DNA of 40,041 bases from Chloroflexota bacterium (lineage in GTDB: Bacteria; Chloroflexota; Anaerolineae; Anaerolineales; UBA11657). The stretch lies in contig QWRL01000002.1 of assembly GCA_003670425.1 (NCBI GenBank), positions 4,955 through 44,995 of the forward strand. The letters are read 5' to 3'. The position numbers and the translations under genes were made by a program. Under the pieces are notes generated by a model, which was given only the letters and a program-made list of their open reading frames with translations, searched no databases and was not told where the DNA came from. Below, in pieces: positions 1 through 8,313 of the stretch. How positions within the stretch are numbered: the first letter of the stretch is position 1; each line of letters starts with the position of its first letter.

Positions 1-407
1 AAGCGGCGCCAATCGCGGAGAAAACTGCTGCTTTGAATGTGCAACAGATTGCGCTGAAAGCGGCAATCGCTGCATCCGGTCCGCCGATTGTGGCGAAGGA
101 TGGGGAGATTGCATTGAAGAATGTGGAGATCGCAGCGCTTGCTCCGCTAATTGACGCGAAGAAGCAGGAGCTTGATGCCAACACTGTACTAAATGACGCT
201 GCGATGGCAGCCGTCGTGGCAGCTGTGGTGGTGCCGCATGGTGCGGCGGCGGTGCCGGACACTTGGGTGGAGCCCAACGTGCGCAAAAATGTGCTTGCCG
301 CCACCGGTGCGGCGCTGGCACTCAGCCTGATGCTTGTCTTCGGCTATGAATATGTGTGGGGCCGCGGTCTGCCGGGTGACACGGCTGTGCCCGTGCAAAT
401 GAACTAG
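1..407 (+). CDS. hypothetical protein, C-terminal fragment (5' end outside window); Ala-rich region followed by one C-terminal TM helix
   Basis: The frame of the 33..407 ORF stays open back to base 3 and ends at TAG 405-407. It has a hydrophobic segment VLAATGAALALSLMLVFGY near the C-terminus. I recognise no domain. Confidence 0.4.
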   Translation, partial: AAPIAEKTAALNVQQIALKAAIAASGPPIVAKDGEIALKNVEIAALAPLIDAKKQELDANTVLNDAAMAAVVAAVVVPHGAAAVPDTWVEPNVRKNVLAATGAALALSLMLVFGYEYVWGRGLPGDTAVPVQMN

Positions 408-490
408 CGGCTGCGCGTCGCGCCCAGCGGCCACATCCGCCGGCGGGCTTGCGCAGTCCCCGCCAGCCCCCAGTTAGGCAGCGCCGGCCT

Positions 491-2041
491 TCACCATGAG
501 ACGCGGTTTTGGTCGGACACGCATTGGCAGGCGCGCACCTCGCGCGCGGGCAGCGCAAAACTAAGGCGCCCTTTGTACGCGGTTCCATCAGACACCGCCC
601 GCCAGCCACCCAAATCAAACGCCACCGCGCTGTCAGCCGCCAGCCACTCGCCGTTGTACTTGCGTGCCACATGCACATGCGTGCCCGTGCTGCGCCCGCC
701 CTCGCAAGACGCAACGCCAAGTGCATCGCCGGCTGCCAGGCGCGTGCCCACCGCCGCAATGCTGTCTGAGCGCAGGTGGAAGTAAAAGATCACCCAGCCG
801 GTATGCTCGTTGTTGTCGCCATCGGTGTCCAGCAGCGCAGTGGCGTAGCCGTTGCGCACAATCACGCCCGGCGCCATGGCGGTAACCGGCTCGTTGGATT
901 GCCCGCAGGTGCCGGCCAGCGCCGGTGGCGCAAAATCCATGGCGGCCCACGGCAATGAGCTGCCCCACGCCGGATGCGGACCGCCGGTCAAAGACCAGAT
1001 GACGCCGGGCTTAAAGGGCAGCGTGAATGCGGGCTGGCGCAAGTTTGCCGGCTGCAGCAGCAACGCGCCAGCAAATGCATCGCCAAACAGCTGCTGGTAG
1101 GTGGCGGCAAACCCCTGCGGGCCAATGCTCTGCTCAAACTCCGCCGGCTGTTCCAGCTGGCTGAAGAGCTGCAGCAGCGCCACGGTGCCGGCGTTCTGCC
1201 ACGGGTCAATGCGCTGCACGCTGCCATCCAGCAGGCGCAGCTCCACTTGCGTGCCGGCGCGCCAGGCGTAGTAGCCGTCGTTCAATTGCGCGGCAGCCCA
1301 CTCCAGCTGGTTGGCCATGCCGGTGCGCGTGTCCGGCGGCAGGCGCAGCGGATTGCGCGCGGCACCGGCGGGCGGGTCGGCGTTGCGCAGCAGGCCGCTG
1401 CGGTATTCCAGCAGCGCCAGCAGCACGCGCGGGTTCACCGAATATTGCAGCGCCACCTCGTTTATCAAGTCCCAAGACGGGCGCGCTTCATCCCAGCTGC
1501 CATCGCGCGCGCTGTAGGCCGGCTCGTGGCGGTGCGCCACCCAGCCGTCAAAGTTTTGCAGCTGTTCAGCGAGGTTACCCGGTGCCTCGGCGTACACCAC
1601 GGCGCTGTCTGGCAGCATGTGGAAGGCGCTGCCCAGCAGCGGCGCGTAGCTGGCGGGAATGTTGATGGCGCGCCCGGGCGGCAGCGTGCTTTGAAAAACC
1701 GCCAGCGCCGGGTTGGCTTTTAGGATGGCATCCGTGGTCTGGTTGAAGCGCGCTGCCAGCGCCGGCAGTGTGTCTCCGGATTGCACCACATATGGCAGCA
1801 GCTCGCCAAACTCCCAGCGCGTGCGCACTGGCACAGCTGTGGGCAGCGCTGCCGGCGCCGCCGGCTGCAGCTCCGGCCCGGCAGCTGCCGGCGCTGCGGG
1901 CAGCGCGCTTTCAGCCGGGGGCAGCACCAGGCGCGATATCAGCGTAAGCGTCAACGCTTTTGCAGATTCAATTGTGGGCAGTGCGGCGCGTGGCGCTGCA
2001 ATCACAATTGCAACCGCTGCCAGAATGAAGACGGCCGTCAT
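491..2041 (-). CDS. LysM domain-containing M23 family metallopeptidase (membrane anchored)
   Basis: LysM-like segment YVVQSGDTLPALAARFNQTTDAILKANPAL. C-terminal M23 motifs FYFHLRSDS...GDALGVASCEGGRSTGTHVHVARKYNGEW. ATG at 2041 (verified cat at 2039-2041) precedes signal-anchor MTAVFILAAVAIVIAAP. An alternative GTG at 2101 would add a basic N-region. The track ORF extension to 2494 overlaps the upstream gene and is rejected. Confidence 0.85.
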   Translation of the reverse strand: MTAVFILAAVAIVIAAPRAALPTIESAKALTLTLISRLVLPPAESALPAAPAAAGPELQPAAPAALPTAVPVRTRWEFGELLPYVVQSGDTLPALAARFNQTTDAILKANPALAVFQSTLPPGRAINIPASYAPLLGSAFHMLPDSAVVYAEAPGNLAEQLQNFDGWVAHRHEPAYSARDGSWDEARPSWDLINEVALQYSVNPRVLLALLEYRSGLLRNADPPAGAARNPLRLPPDTRTGMANQLEWAAAQLNDGYYAWRAGTQVELRLLDGSVQRIDPWQNAGTVALLQLFSQLEQPAEFEQSIGPQGFAATYQQLFGDAFAGALLLQPANLRQPAFTLPFKPGVIWSLTGGPHPAWGSSLPWAAMDFAPPALAGTCGQSNEPVTAMAPGVIVRNGYATALLDTDGDNNEHTGWVIFYFHLRSDSIAAVGTRLAAGDALGVASCEGGRSTGTHVHVARKYNGEWLAADSAVAFDLGGWRAVSDGTAYKGRLSFALPAREVRACQCVSDQNRVSW

Positions 2042-2117
2042 CCAGCCCAGCAAGCGGCGCTGGCGCCGGCGCTGGCGCGTGATATGCGGAGAGAGTGGCA
2101 CGCCGGGCGGTGCTGCG

Positions 2118-3482
2118 TCAGGCGTCCGCGAAGCGCTGCAGCAAGTGCGCGCTGTGGCGGATGCCCTGCTGCAGCATGTCCAGGCGCACATGCTCGTTGG
2201 GTGCGTGTGCCTGCGAGCCGGGGTAGCCCGCGCCGCAGGTGACGATGGGAACTTTGAGGTGCTCGATGAATGCGTGGTTGGGGCCGGAGCCGCCGGACAT
2301 GGGCACCAGCACCGGCTCGCGCCCGTACACAACGCGCGCGGTGTCAGCTGCCATTTGCACAAACGGATGGTCGGGGTCTGTGCGCGCTGGCGGCTCGCTG
2401 CCCAGGTCTTCCACGAGCACATCGGCAAACCCCTGCGCGTCCAGATGGCTGCGCAGCTTTTGTAAAATGTCGGCCGGCGTTTGGTTGGGCACAAGCCGGA
2501 AGTCCACCTTGGCGCTGGCCTCGGCGGGCAGCACAGTCTTGGAGCCCGCGCCCTGGTAGCCGCTGTTCAACCCGCAGATGGTGCAGGTGGGCTCAAAGCT
2601 GGCCTGGCGCTCCAGCGCCACGCCGCCCGTTACGCCGCGCAAAAATTCTGTGACACCGTAGCGCTCGCGGTAACTTTGCGCGGGGTCCGGAATGTGCGCC
2701 AGCAGTTCCAAGTCGCGCGCGCTCGGCGCCTGCACCGCGTCGTAGAAGCCGGGGATCAAGATGCGCTCCATTGAATCTTTGAGGGAGTTGAGCGCCCATG
2801 TAAGGCGCCACGCTGCGTTGGGAAAGATGGAGCCGCCAAGGCCGGAGTGCACATCCTGCGTGAGGCTGCGCACGGAGAGCCCCACATAACAAATGCCGCG
2901 CAGGCCAAGGAACAAATTGGGATTGCCCAGGTGGTCCACGCCGCCAAACTCCCAGATGCAAGCATCCGCTGCAAGGCGCTGCTTGTGCGCTGCCACAAAC
3001 GGCTCAAGCCCGGTGCTGCCGGTCTCCTCCTCGCCCTCAATTACAAACTTGATGTTGCACGGGTAGGCGCCGCCGTGCAGCGCGCGCACCGCGTCCAGCG
3101 CAGCCAGGCGGCAAAGCAGGTTGCCTTTGTCATCAATGGCGCCGCGCGCATACAACGCGCCGGCGCGCACGGTGGGCTCAAATGGCGGCGAGTCCCACAG
3201 CTCCAGCGGCTCGGGCGGCTGCACATCGTAATGATTGTAAAAGAGCAGCGTGCGTGCGCTGCGCCCGCGCGCTTCGGCCACCAGCACGGGGTAGCCGCTG
3301 GTGGGCAGCAGCTCCACATCAAAGCCGCGCGCTGCCAGCAGCCCGGCCACCAGGTCGGCGCAGGCTGCCATGCCCTCGCCCGTGGCGGAGATGCTGGGCT
3401 GCGCGCACAGGCGCGCCAGCTCGGCGGTGGACTGTGCCATGTGGCTGGCAATGAAGGCGTCGAGCGCAGCCGTGGCGCTCAT
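2118..3482 (-). CDS. M20 family metallopeptidase (dipeptidase / ArgE-DapE-CPG2 family)
   Basis: Motifs NHYDVQPPEP, ARGAIDDKGN and FVIEGEEETGS are typical of M20. ATG at 3482 gives MSATAALDAF. That start overlaps the stop of the upstream small ORF as ATGA (3479-3482). Confidence 0.9.
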   Translation of the reverse strand: MSATAALDAFIASHMAQSTAELARLCAQPSISATGEGMAACADLVAGLLAARGFDVELLPTSGYPVLVAEARGRSARTLLFYNHYDVQPPEPLELWDSPPFEPTVRAGALYARGAIDDKGNLLCRLAALDAVRALHGGAYPCNIKFVIEGEEETGSTGLEPFVAAHKQRLAADACIWEFGGVDHLGNPNLFLGLRGICYVGLSVRSLTQDVHSGLGGSIFPNAAWRLTWALNSLKDSMERILIPGFYDAVQAPSARDLELLAHIPDPAQSYRERYGVTEFLRGVTGGVALERQASFEPTCTICGLNSGYQGAGSKTVLPAEASAKVDFRLVPNQTPADILQKLRSHLDAQGFADVLVEDLGSEPPARTDPDHPFVQMAADTARVVYGREPVLVPMSGGSGPNHAFIEHLKVPIVTCGAGYPGSQAHAPNEHVRLDMLQQGIRHSAHLLQRFADA

Positions 3483-3811
3483 GCCGGCACCTGCGGCAGA
3501 AAGTGGCGGATGATGCAGCGCGCGTCGCTGAGCGCGTCGGCCTCGCCGGGCAGCTGGTGGCTGGTGGTGATGCGCAGCGTGAGGTGCGTGGCTGCGCTGC
3601 GAATGTGCGCCGGCTGCGCGCTGTCTTGCGCAATGCGCTGCAGCTGCCCGTAGGCAGTGCGTGCAGCGCTTGCGCCCGCGCCGGCTGCCACGGCCCAGCC
3701 GGCAGCGCGCCGCGCACAAACGCGCGCGCGCCCTTCGTTGCCGGCTTGGCGCGCCTGCTCGGCCAGCGCCAGCTCACGCGCAATCGCAACTTCAGCAGCC
3801 GGGTTAAGCAT
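3479..3811 (-). CDS. hypothetical helical protein (110 aa), translationally coupled to the M20 peptidase
   Basis: ATG at 3811. Its TGA stop overlaps the M20 ATG (ATGA). Composition looks protein-like rather than a shadow frame. No recognisable domain. Confidence 0.5.
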   Translation of the reverse strand: MLNPAAEVAIARELALAEQARQAGNEGRARVCARRAAGWAVAAGAGASAARTAYGQLQRIAQDSAQPAHIRSAATHLTLRITTSHQLPGEADALSDARCIIRHFLPQVPA

Positions 3812-3982
3812 GGGTTGGCGGGGCTATGTGCGCGGCGCTGCAGTGCGCGCCGGACTGTGCCGGCTGCTGAATTCGCTGCGCAAATATTCTGCGGCATTAT
3901 ATCCGAGCACCTGTTGCAATGCGCTTTTTTGCGGTTGGATGCGGTGCGCTGCACTTGGTTGACGCACCCGCGCACGGTCGGT

Positions 3983-3988
3983 TAAACT
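3983..3988 (+). promoter_or_regulatory. putative -10 box TAAACT, 6 nt upstream of the ATG at 3995 (leaderless candidate)
   Basis: The sequence gttaaactggcagcATG was read directly. No SD is possible in the 6-nt gap. Confidence 0.3.
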
Positions 3989-3994
3989 GGCAGC

Positions 3995-4684
3995 ATGCTG
4001 CCGGACAGAGGCGATGTGGATGAACTGATTGCGCGCGCCGAGGCGGGCGATGTTGCGGGCGCACGCAACGGCTTGCGCGAATTTACGCGCCGCCACCCCA
4101 ACATGCTGCTGGCGTGGAAGTGGCTGGCGGACATTGCCGACTCGCCCAAAGAGCGCGCTGATTGTGTGCGGCGCGCACAACTGCTGGCGCCGGGCGACCC
4201 GTGGCTGGTGGAAGCCAAGAAGCTGCGCCTGCCGCCCGGTGTGCCGCGGCGTGCGCCTGCGGCAGAGCTGCCCACGCGGCCTTATCCCAGTCCGCTGGCA
4301 CCTGTGCCGGCTGCCCCAGCGCTTGGTTTTCCGCGGCGCGATATAGCGCCCGCAGTGGTACGCCCGGATGACTTGATGCCAACAACCACGCTGGGTGTGC
4401 GGGCGCCGGCCGTTGCCAGCGCGCCGGCCGTTGCGCCCCTGCCGCCGGTTGGCGCAGCACCCGCCTTGGTGCCATTGATTGACGACTTGCATGAGCAAGT
4501 GCAAGAGCCACCCGCGGCACCGCCGCTTGCACCGCCATTGCTGGCACCGGCTGCTGCGGTTGAGAACGGCTTTGCCGATTACTCCGGCCCGGCAATGGGC
4601 GGCTGGCTGCTGGGCGTGGCAATTGGCCTGGCGGTGCTGGGTGTAGTGCTGATTGGGTGGGCGTGGATCATCTACGGCGCGTAA
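3995..4684 (+). CDS. hypothetical membrane-anchored protein: N-terminal TPR-like helical domain, Pro/Ala-rich linker, C-terminal TM helix
   Basis: N-terminal segment DELIARAEAGDVAGARNGLREFTRRHPNMLLAWKWLADIA. A long PA-rich spacer follows. C-terminal hydrophobic segment WLLGVAIGLAVLGVVLIGWAWIIY. Confidence 0.6.
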   Translation: MLPDRGDVDELIARAEAGDVAGARNGLREFTRRHPNMLLAWKWLADIADSPKERADCVRRAQLLAPGDPWLVEAKKLRLPPGVPRRAPAAELPTRPYPSPLAPVPAAPALGFPRRDIAPAVVRPDDLMPTTTLGVRAPAVASAPAVAPLPPVGAAPALVPLIDDLHEQVQEPPAAPPLAPPLLAPAAAVENGFADYSGPAMGGWLLGVAIGLAVLGVVLIGWAWIIYGA

Positions 4685-4718
4685 TGCTGCGCGCTTGCGC
4701 AGCCTGAGCGCCGCCCGC

Positions 4719-5210
4719 GTGAAGCCCGGGGTGCGCCGCGAGCGCTGGTGGGTTGGCGGGCTGGCAGCCGCAGCAATTGCGGCTTATGCCTTCCTCACCT
4801 GGCTGGGCAACGAGGACATTCACAGCCTGGCGCGCATGTTTGGCATCAGCACGCTCAACGTGCGCATGCGCAACGCCAACTTTTCCAACCAGAAGATGAG
4901 CGCCTTTACGCTGGCGGGCGCGGATCTGGAGTCCGCCAACTTTAACGGCGCCGACCTGAGCCGCGCCGACCTGACCGGCGCGTACTTGCGCTACGCCAAC
5001 CTTACCAACGCCAACCTGCAGGGCGCGCAACTGCGCAATGCGGTGCTTGCCAACGCAAGCCTCGTGGGCGCGGACCTGACGGGCGCCAGCCTGCGCGGCG
5101 CGTACATTGTTGATGCAAACCTGCAGGGCGCCATTGTTACAGACGCGCAGCTGGCAACGGCGCGCACGCTGCGCGGCACGGTGCTGCCAGATGGCTCAAC
5201 GCACCCCTAG
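4719..5210 (+). CDS. pentapeptide repeat-containing protein with N-terminal TM helix
   Basis: Tandem A(D/N)LxG-type pentapeptides: ADLESANFNGADLSRADLTGAYLRYANLTNANLQGAQLRNAVLANASLVGADLTGASLRGAYIVDANLQGA. The start is uncertain: TTG 4653, TTG 4695, GTG 4719 or GTG 4731. All precede the TM segment WWVGGLAAAAIAAYAFLTWL. Confidence 0.85.
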   Translation: MKPGVRRERWWVGGLAAAAIAAYAFLTWLGNEDIHSLARMFGISTLNVRMRNANFSNQKMSAFTLAGADLESANFNGADLSRADLTGAYLRYANLTNANLQGAQLRNAVLANASLVGADLTGASLRGAYIVDANLQGAIVTDAQLATARTLRGTVLPDGSTHP

Positions 5211-5274
5211 GTTTCCAGCCCCCACAATTTAACCTTTGCGCGCGCCTGCCGATACCTTTAATGGATACCGGCTC

Positions 5275-5376
5275 ATGCAACAGACTCACTTTGCAGCCTT
5301 GTACCTTGGGTTGGCGTATGCGGTACTTTTCGGGGTGCTGTATTTCGTCTTCCTGGCGCAAGAACTGCTGCACTAA
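5275..5376 (+). CDS. candidate 33-aa hydrophobic small membrane protein
   Basis: ATG 5275 to TAA 5374-5376 encodes MQQTHFAALYLGLAYAVLFGVLYFVFLAQELLH, a single TM-like helix. It lies in an otherwise empty 180-nt spacer. It is below the ORF-track size cutoff and I cannot test conservation. Confidence 0.2.
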   Translation: MQQTHFAALYLGLAYAVLFGVLYFVFLAQELLH

Positions 5377-5391
5377 TCCGCAGCGCCCGCA

Positions 5392-6189
5392 TTAGGCGCC
5401 GGGCAGGCGCGCAGCCGCAAACCCGCCCGCAATATCCACGCGCGTCGCGGGCTGCGCAATGGCCGCCAGCAGCAGCGGGTGCGCCGCCGTTTGCCCCAAG
5501 TCCGTTCCGTAAACAAACTCCAGTTTGTGTACATGCAAGCCGGCAGCGGCCAGGGCGTGCGCAAAGTGCGCCGTGCTTGCAGCCGTGGCATGCGCCAGCA
5601 CTGTTACCAAAATGCCGGCGGGGTGCAGTGCGCTGCGCACCAGCGCCAGCGTGGCAGCTGCGTCTGGCAATGTGGAGATGGTGTGCGTGTCGGTGATGGC
5701 GTCGAAGCTGCCGGCGGGCAGCGCCTGTGTGATGTCCCCGGCTACAAACTTGGCTGCTGCGCCCGCGGGCAGTGCCAGTGCGCGCGCGCTGGCAATGCAC
5801 TGCGGCACAAAATCAATGCCGGTGACAGTGCGCACCGCACCGCAGGCCGCATACCATGTGGTGAGGTGGCCGATATTGCAGCCCAGATCCAGCAGCAGCG
5901 GCCGCCCGGCAACCAGCGCTGCAACCGCGCTGCCAATTGCGTGCAGTGTGCTGGCCTGGCGCGAGTACATCACGCCGGCTACTTGCGGCTCGGCCATGGC
6001 TGCGTAAAAGCGCAGCTGCTCTGCAGTTGTGGGGGCGCGGGTTGCGCCGGGCTGGCGCGTGGCGTCCAGCGCTGCGCGCAGCGCCGGGTCCACTGCGCGC
6101 CAGCGTGCCTGCCAGTGCGCCGCGCTGGCGCACGGCGTGATGCCGTAGTGCGCCAGGTGGCGCGCTAATGCGCGCGCATCATTGGGCAT
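5392..6189 (-). CDS. class I SAM-dependent methyltransferase
   Basis: Motif I LLLDLGCNIGHLT followed by VTGIDF. ATG at 6189 (cat 6187-6189) lies 7 nt after the serC stop, so the two are probably co-transcribed. The track extension to 6273 overlaps serC. Confidence 0.8.
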   Translation of the reverse strand: MPNDARALARHLAHYGITPCASAAHWQARWRAVDPALRAALDATRQPGATRAPTTAEQLRFYAAMAEPQVAGVMYSRQASTLHAIGSAVAALVAGRPLLLDLGCNIGHLTTWYAACGAVRTVTGIDFVPQCIASARALALPAGAAAKFVAGDITQALPAGSFDAITDTHTISTLPDAAATLALVRSALHPAGILVTVLAHATAASTAHFAHALAAAGLHVHKLEFVYGTDLGQTAAHPLLLAAIAQPATRVDIAGGFAAARLPGA

Positions 6190-7279
6190 GCTGCGCGCAA
6201 AACTCCACCATGAAGTCGCGCAGCGCCTGCGCGCCGGCCAGCGGCATGGCGTTGTAAAGCGAGGCGCGCACACCGCCCACAGAGCGATGCCCCTCCAAAC
6301 TTTGCAGCCCGCGCGCAGCCGCCTGCGCCAGAAAGTCGCGCTCCAGCTGCTCGCTGGGCATGCGAAAAGTCACATTCATTTGCGAGCGGCTGTCTGCGCG
6401 CGCATGCCCGCGATAGAAGCCCGCGCTCGCATCAATGGCTGCATACAGCAGGCCGGCCTTGCGCGTATTTAGCTCTGCCATCTTTTGCAGCCCGCCAATT
6501 TCATTGCGCAGCCAGTCTGTCACCAGCTGCAGCAGGTAAATGGCAAACACCGGCGGGGTGTTGTACATGGAGTTGTTCTGCGCGTGAATGCGGTAGTCAA
6601 GCATCGTGTGCAGGTCTTGCGGGGCGCGTTCCAGCAGCGCTTCGCGCACAATCACAATCGTCACGCCGGCCGGGCCGGCGTTCTTCTGCGCGCCGGCGTA
6701 CAGCAGGCCGTGGTCCGCCACGGGCAGCGGCCGGGAAAGAAAGTCTGACGAGCAGTCGCACACCAGCGTGGCGCCGCGCGGCTGCAGCGCCTGCGGAAAC
6801 TGCACGCCCTGAATGGTCTCGTTGGATGTGTAGTGCAGGTACGCGGCCTGTGCGTCGGGCGCCAGCTCCGCGGGCTGCGGCACGCTGCTGTAGCTGCCTG
6901 CCTTGCCATTCCACACTACGCGCACCTCGCCCTCACGCTGCGCCTCCTTGACGGCTTTCTCGCCCCACACACCGGTCACCACATAGTCTGCCGGCTTGTC
7001 CGCAGCGCGCAGCAGGTTTAGCGCCACCATCGAAAACTGCAGCGTAGCGCCGCCCTGCAAAAACAAAATTTTGTAGCCGGCCGGCACGCCCAGCAGGCTG
7101 CGCAGATTGTCCTGCGCCTTGTCTATGATGGCGTCAAACGCGGGCGAGCGGTGGCTGATCTCCAGCACAGACATGCCGCTGCCCGGCAGGCACAGCAGGT
7201 CACGCTGTGCTTTTTGCAGCGCGGGCAGCGGCAGCGTGCACGGCCCGGCGCCAAAGTTGAAGATGCGGTCTGAAGTCAT
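6179..7279 (-). CDS. serC: phosphoserine aminotransferase
   Basis: MTSDRIFNFGAGPCTLP, ISHRSPAF, LFLQGGATLQF and AGAQKNAGPAGVTIVIVRE are classic SerC motifs. ATG 7279 is chosen. The alternative ATG 7294 would add MEAPN. Confidence 0.93.
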   Translation of the reverse strand: MTSDRIFNFGAGPCTLPLPALQKAQRDLLCLPGSGMSVLEISHRSPAFDAIIDKAQDNLRSLLGVPAGYKILFLQGGATLQFSMVALNLLRAADKPADYVVTGVWGEKAVKEAQREGEVRVVWNGKAGSYSSVPQPAELAPDAQAAYLHYTSNETIQGVQFPQALQPRGATLVCDCSSDFLSRPLPVADHGLLYAGAQKNAGPAGVTIVIVREALLERAPQDLHTMLDYRIHAQNNSMYNTPPVFAIYLLQLVTDWLRNEIGGLQKMAELNTRKAGLLYAAIDASAGFYRGHARADSRSQMNVTFRMPSEQLERDFLAQAAARGLQSLEGHRSVGGVRASLYNAMPLAGAQALRDFMVEFCAQHAQ

Positions 7280-7471
7280 GTTTGGTGCTTCCATAATATT
7301 TTGTGGGTTGGCTGATTGCAATCCAGCGCTGCGGTGGGGTGATTGTACAGCGGGCACAGCAGCCCGTGCCCGTTGGCAGCCGCCGGCAAATATTATGCTC
7401 CGGGGCCTGCAAAGTGCCGTTAAAACACTGCCATGCTATACTGCCGCTGGCAAACATTTTAAAAATAAAAC

Positions 7472-8251
7472 ATGAATTCTGCTAACTTTTATATTCCTGA
7501 GTCTGCGATGGCCATCATGGCCCACCCGGACGATATCGAATTTTCCTGCGCGGGCACGCTGGCGCGCTGGGCGCGCGCGGGTACGCGCGTGTGCTACTGC
7601 CTGTGCACCAGTGGCGACGTGGGCATCAGCAAACCCGGCGTGAGCAGCGCGCAAGCGGTGGAGATTCGCGAACGCGAGCAGCGCGCGGCTGCGCATGTCA
7701 TTCGCGTGGCGGATGTGGTGTTTCTGCGCGAGCCGGACGGCATGCTGCAGGCCACACTGGAGATGCGCAAGAAGCTGGTGCGTGAGATCCGGCGCTTCCG
7801 CCCGGAGGTGGTGATTTGCGGCGATCCCACCATTGTGTGGGCGGGCGAGGGTTACATCAACCATCCGGACCACCGCGCTGCGGCCACGGCCGCGGTGGAC
7901 GCAATTTTTCCGGCTGCCGGGCAGCCCAATTTGTTTGCGGAGCTGGAAGCCGAGCAGCTGTTTGCGTTCAAGCCGCGCAAGGTTTTTGTGGCGCACTGGC
8001 AGCGCGGGGACCACTTCATCTCCATCGATACCACCATGGACGTAAAGCTGGAGGCGCTGCATCTGCACGCCAGCCAGTTTGAAACCAGCGACCCGGAGAA
8101 GTTTGTGCGCGAGCGCGCTGCACAGCTTGCCAAAGGCAAAGAGATGGAATACGCCGAGGCATTTTCGGTTGTGACGCTGGAAGACGACGAAACATGGGAA
8201 AAATACCATGGCGATGTGCGTGCCCGCCATAATGGAGCGGCGCCGGCATAG
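7472..8251 (+). CDS. PIG-L / LmbE family N-acetylglucosaminyl deacetylase
   Basis: AIMAHPDDIEFSCAGTL and INHPDHRAA are motifs of the PIG-L zinc deacetylase family. Confidence 0.85.
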   Translation: MNSANFYIPESAMAIMAHPDDIEFSCAGTLARWARAGTRVCYCLCTSGDVGISKPGVSSAQAVEIREREQRAAAHVIRVADVVFLREPDGMLQATLEMRKKLVREIRRFRPEVVICGDPTIVWAGEGYINHPDHRAAATAAVDAIFPAAGQPNLFAELEAEQLFAFKPRKVFVAHWQRGDHFISIDTTMDVKLEALHLHASQFETSDPEKFVRERAAQLAKGKEMEYAEAFSVVTLEDDETWEKYHGDVRARHNGAAPA

Positions 8252-8313
8252 CGCCGAGACCAACCACAGGTCGCCACCAGTAGGTGGCGCTGTTTAGAAA
8301 GCCAAGAGGAATC

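Noticed and set aside
2042-2494. 5' extensions of longest-ORF calls (also 3483-3719, 6190-6273, 7280-7357, 17891-17944, 21975-22058, 30881-30946, 32687-32863, 32689-32715, 36358-36531)
   Set aside because: The extensions overlap the preceding gene or run through terminators and -10 boxes. They encode Arg/Cys/His-rich junk, and the family-typical N-termini begin at the internal ATGs I used.
3584-3601. An R-x4-H motif (RSAATH) in the 110-aa protein, suggesting a HEPN nuclease/toxin
   Set aside because: It is a single short motif with no adjacent nucleotidyltransferase or antitoxin partner. The rest of the sequence does not resemble HEPN helices that I can recognise. It is coupled to a peptidase instead.
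5261-5395. 44-codon ORF MDTGSCNRLTLQPCTLGWRMRYFSGCCISSSWRKNCCTNPQRPH in the 5210-5392 spacer
   Set aside because: It overlaps, in another frame, the more plausible 33-aa hydrophobic ORF. Its composition is Cys/Arg-rich and shadow-like, and it runs into the 3' end of the convergent methyltransferase gene.
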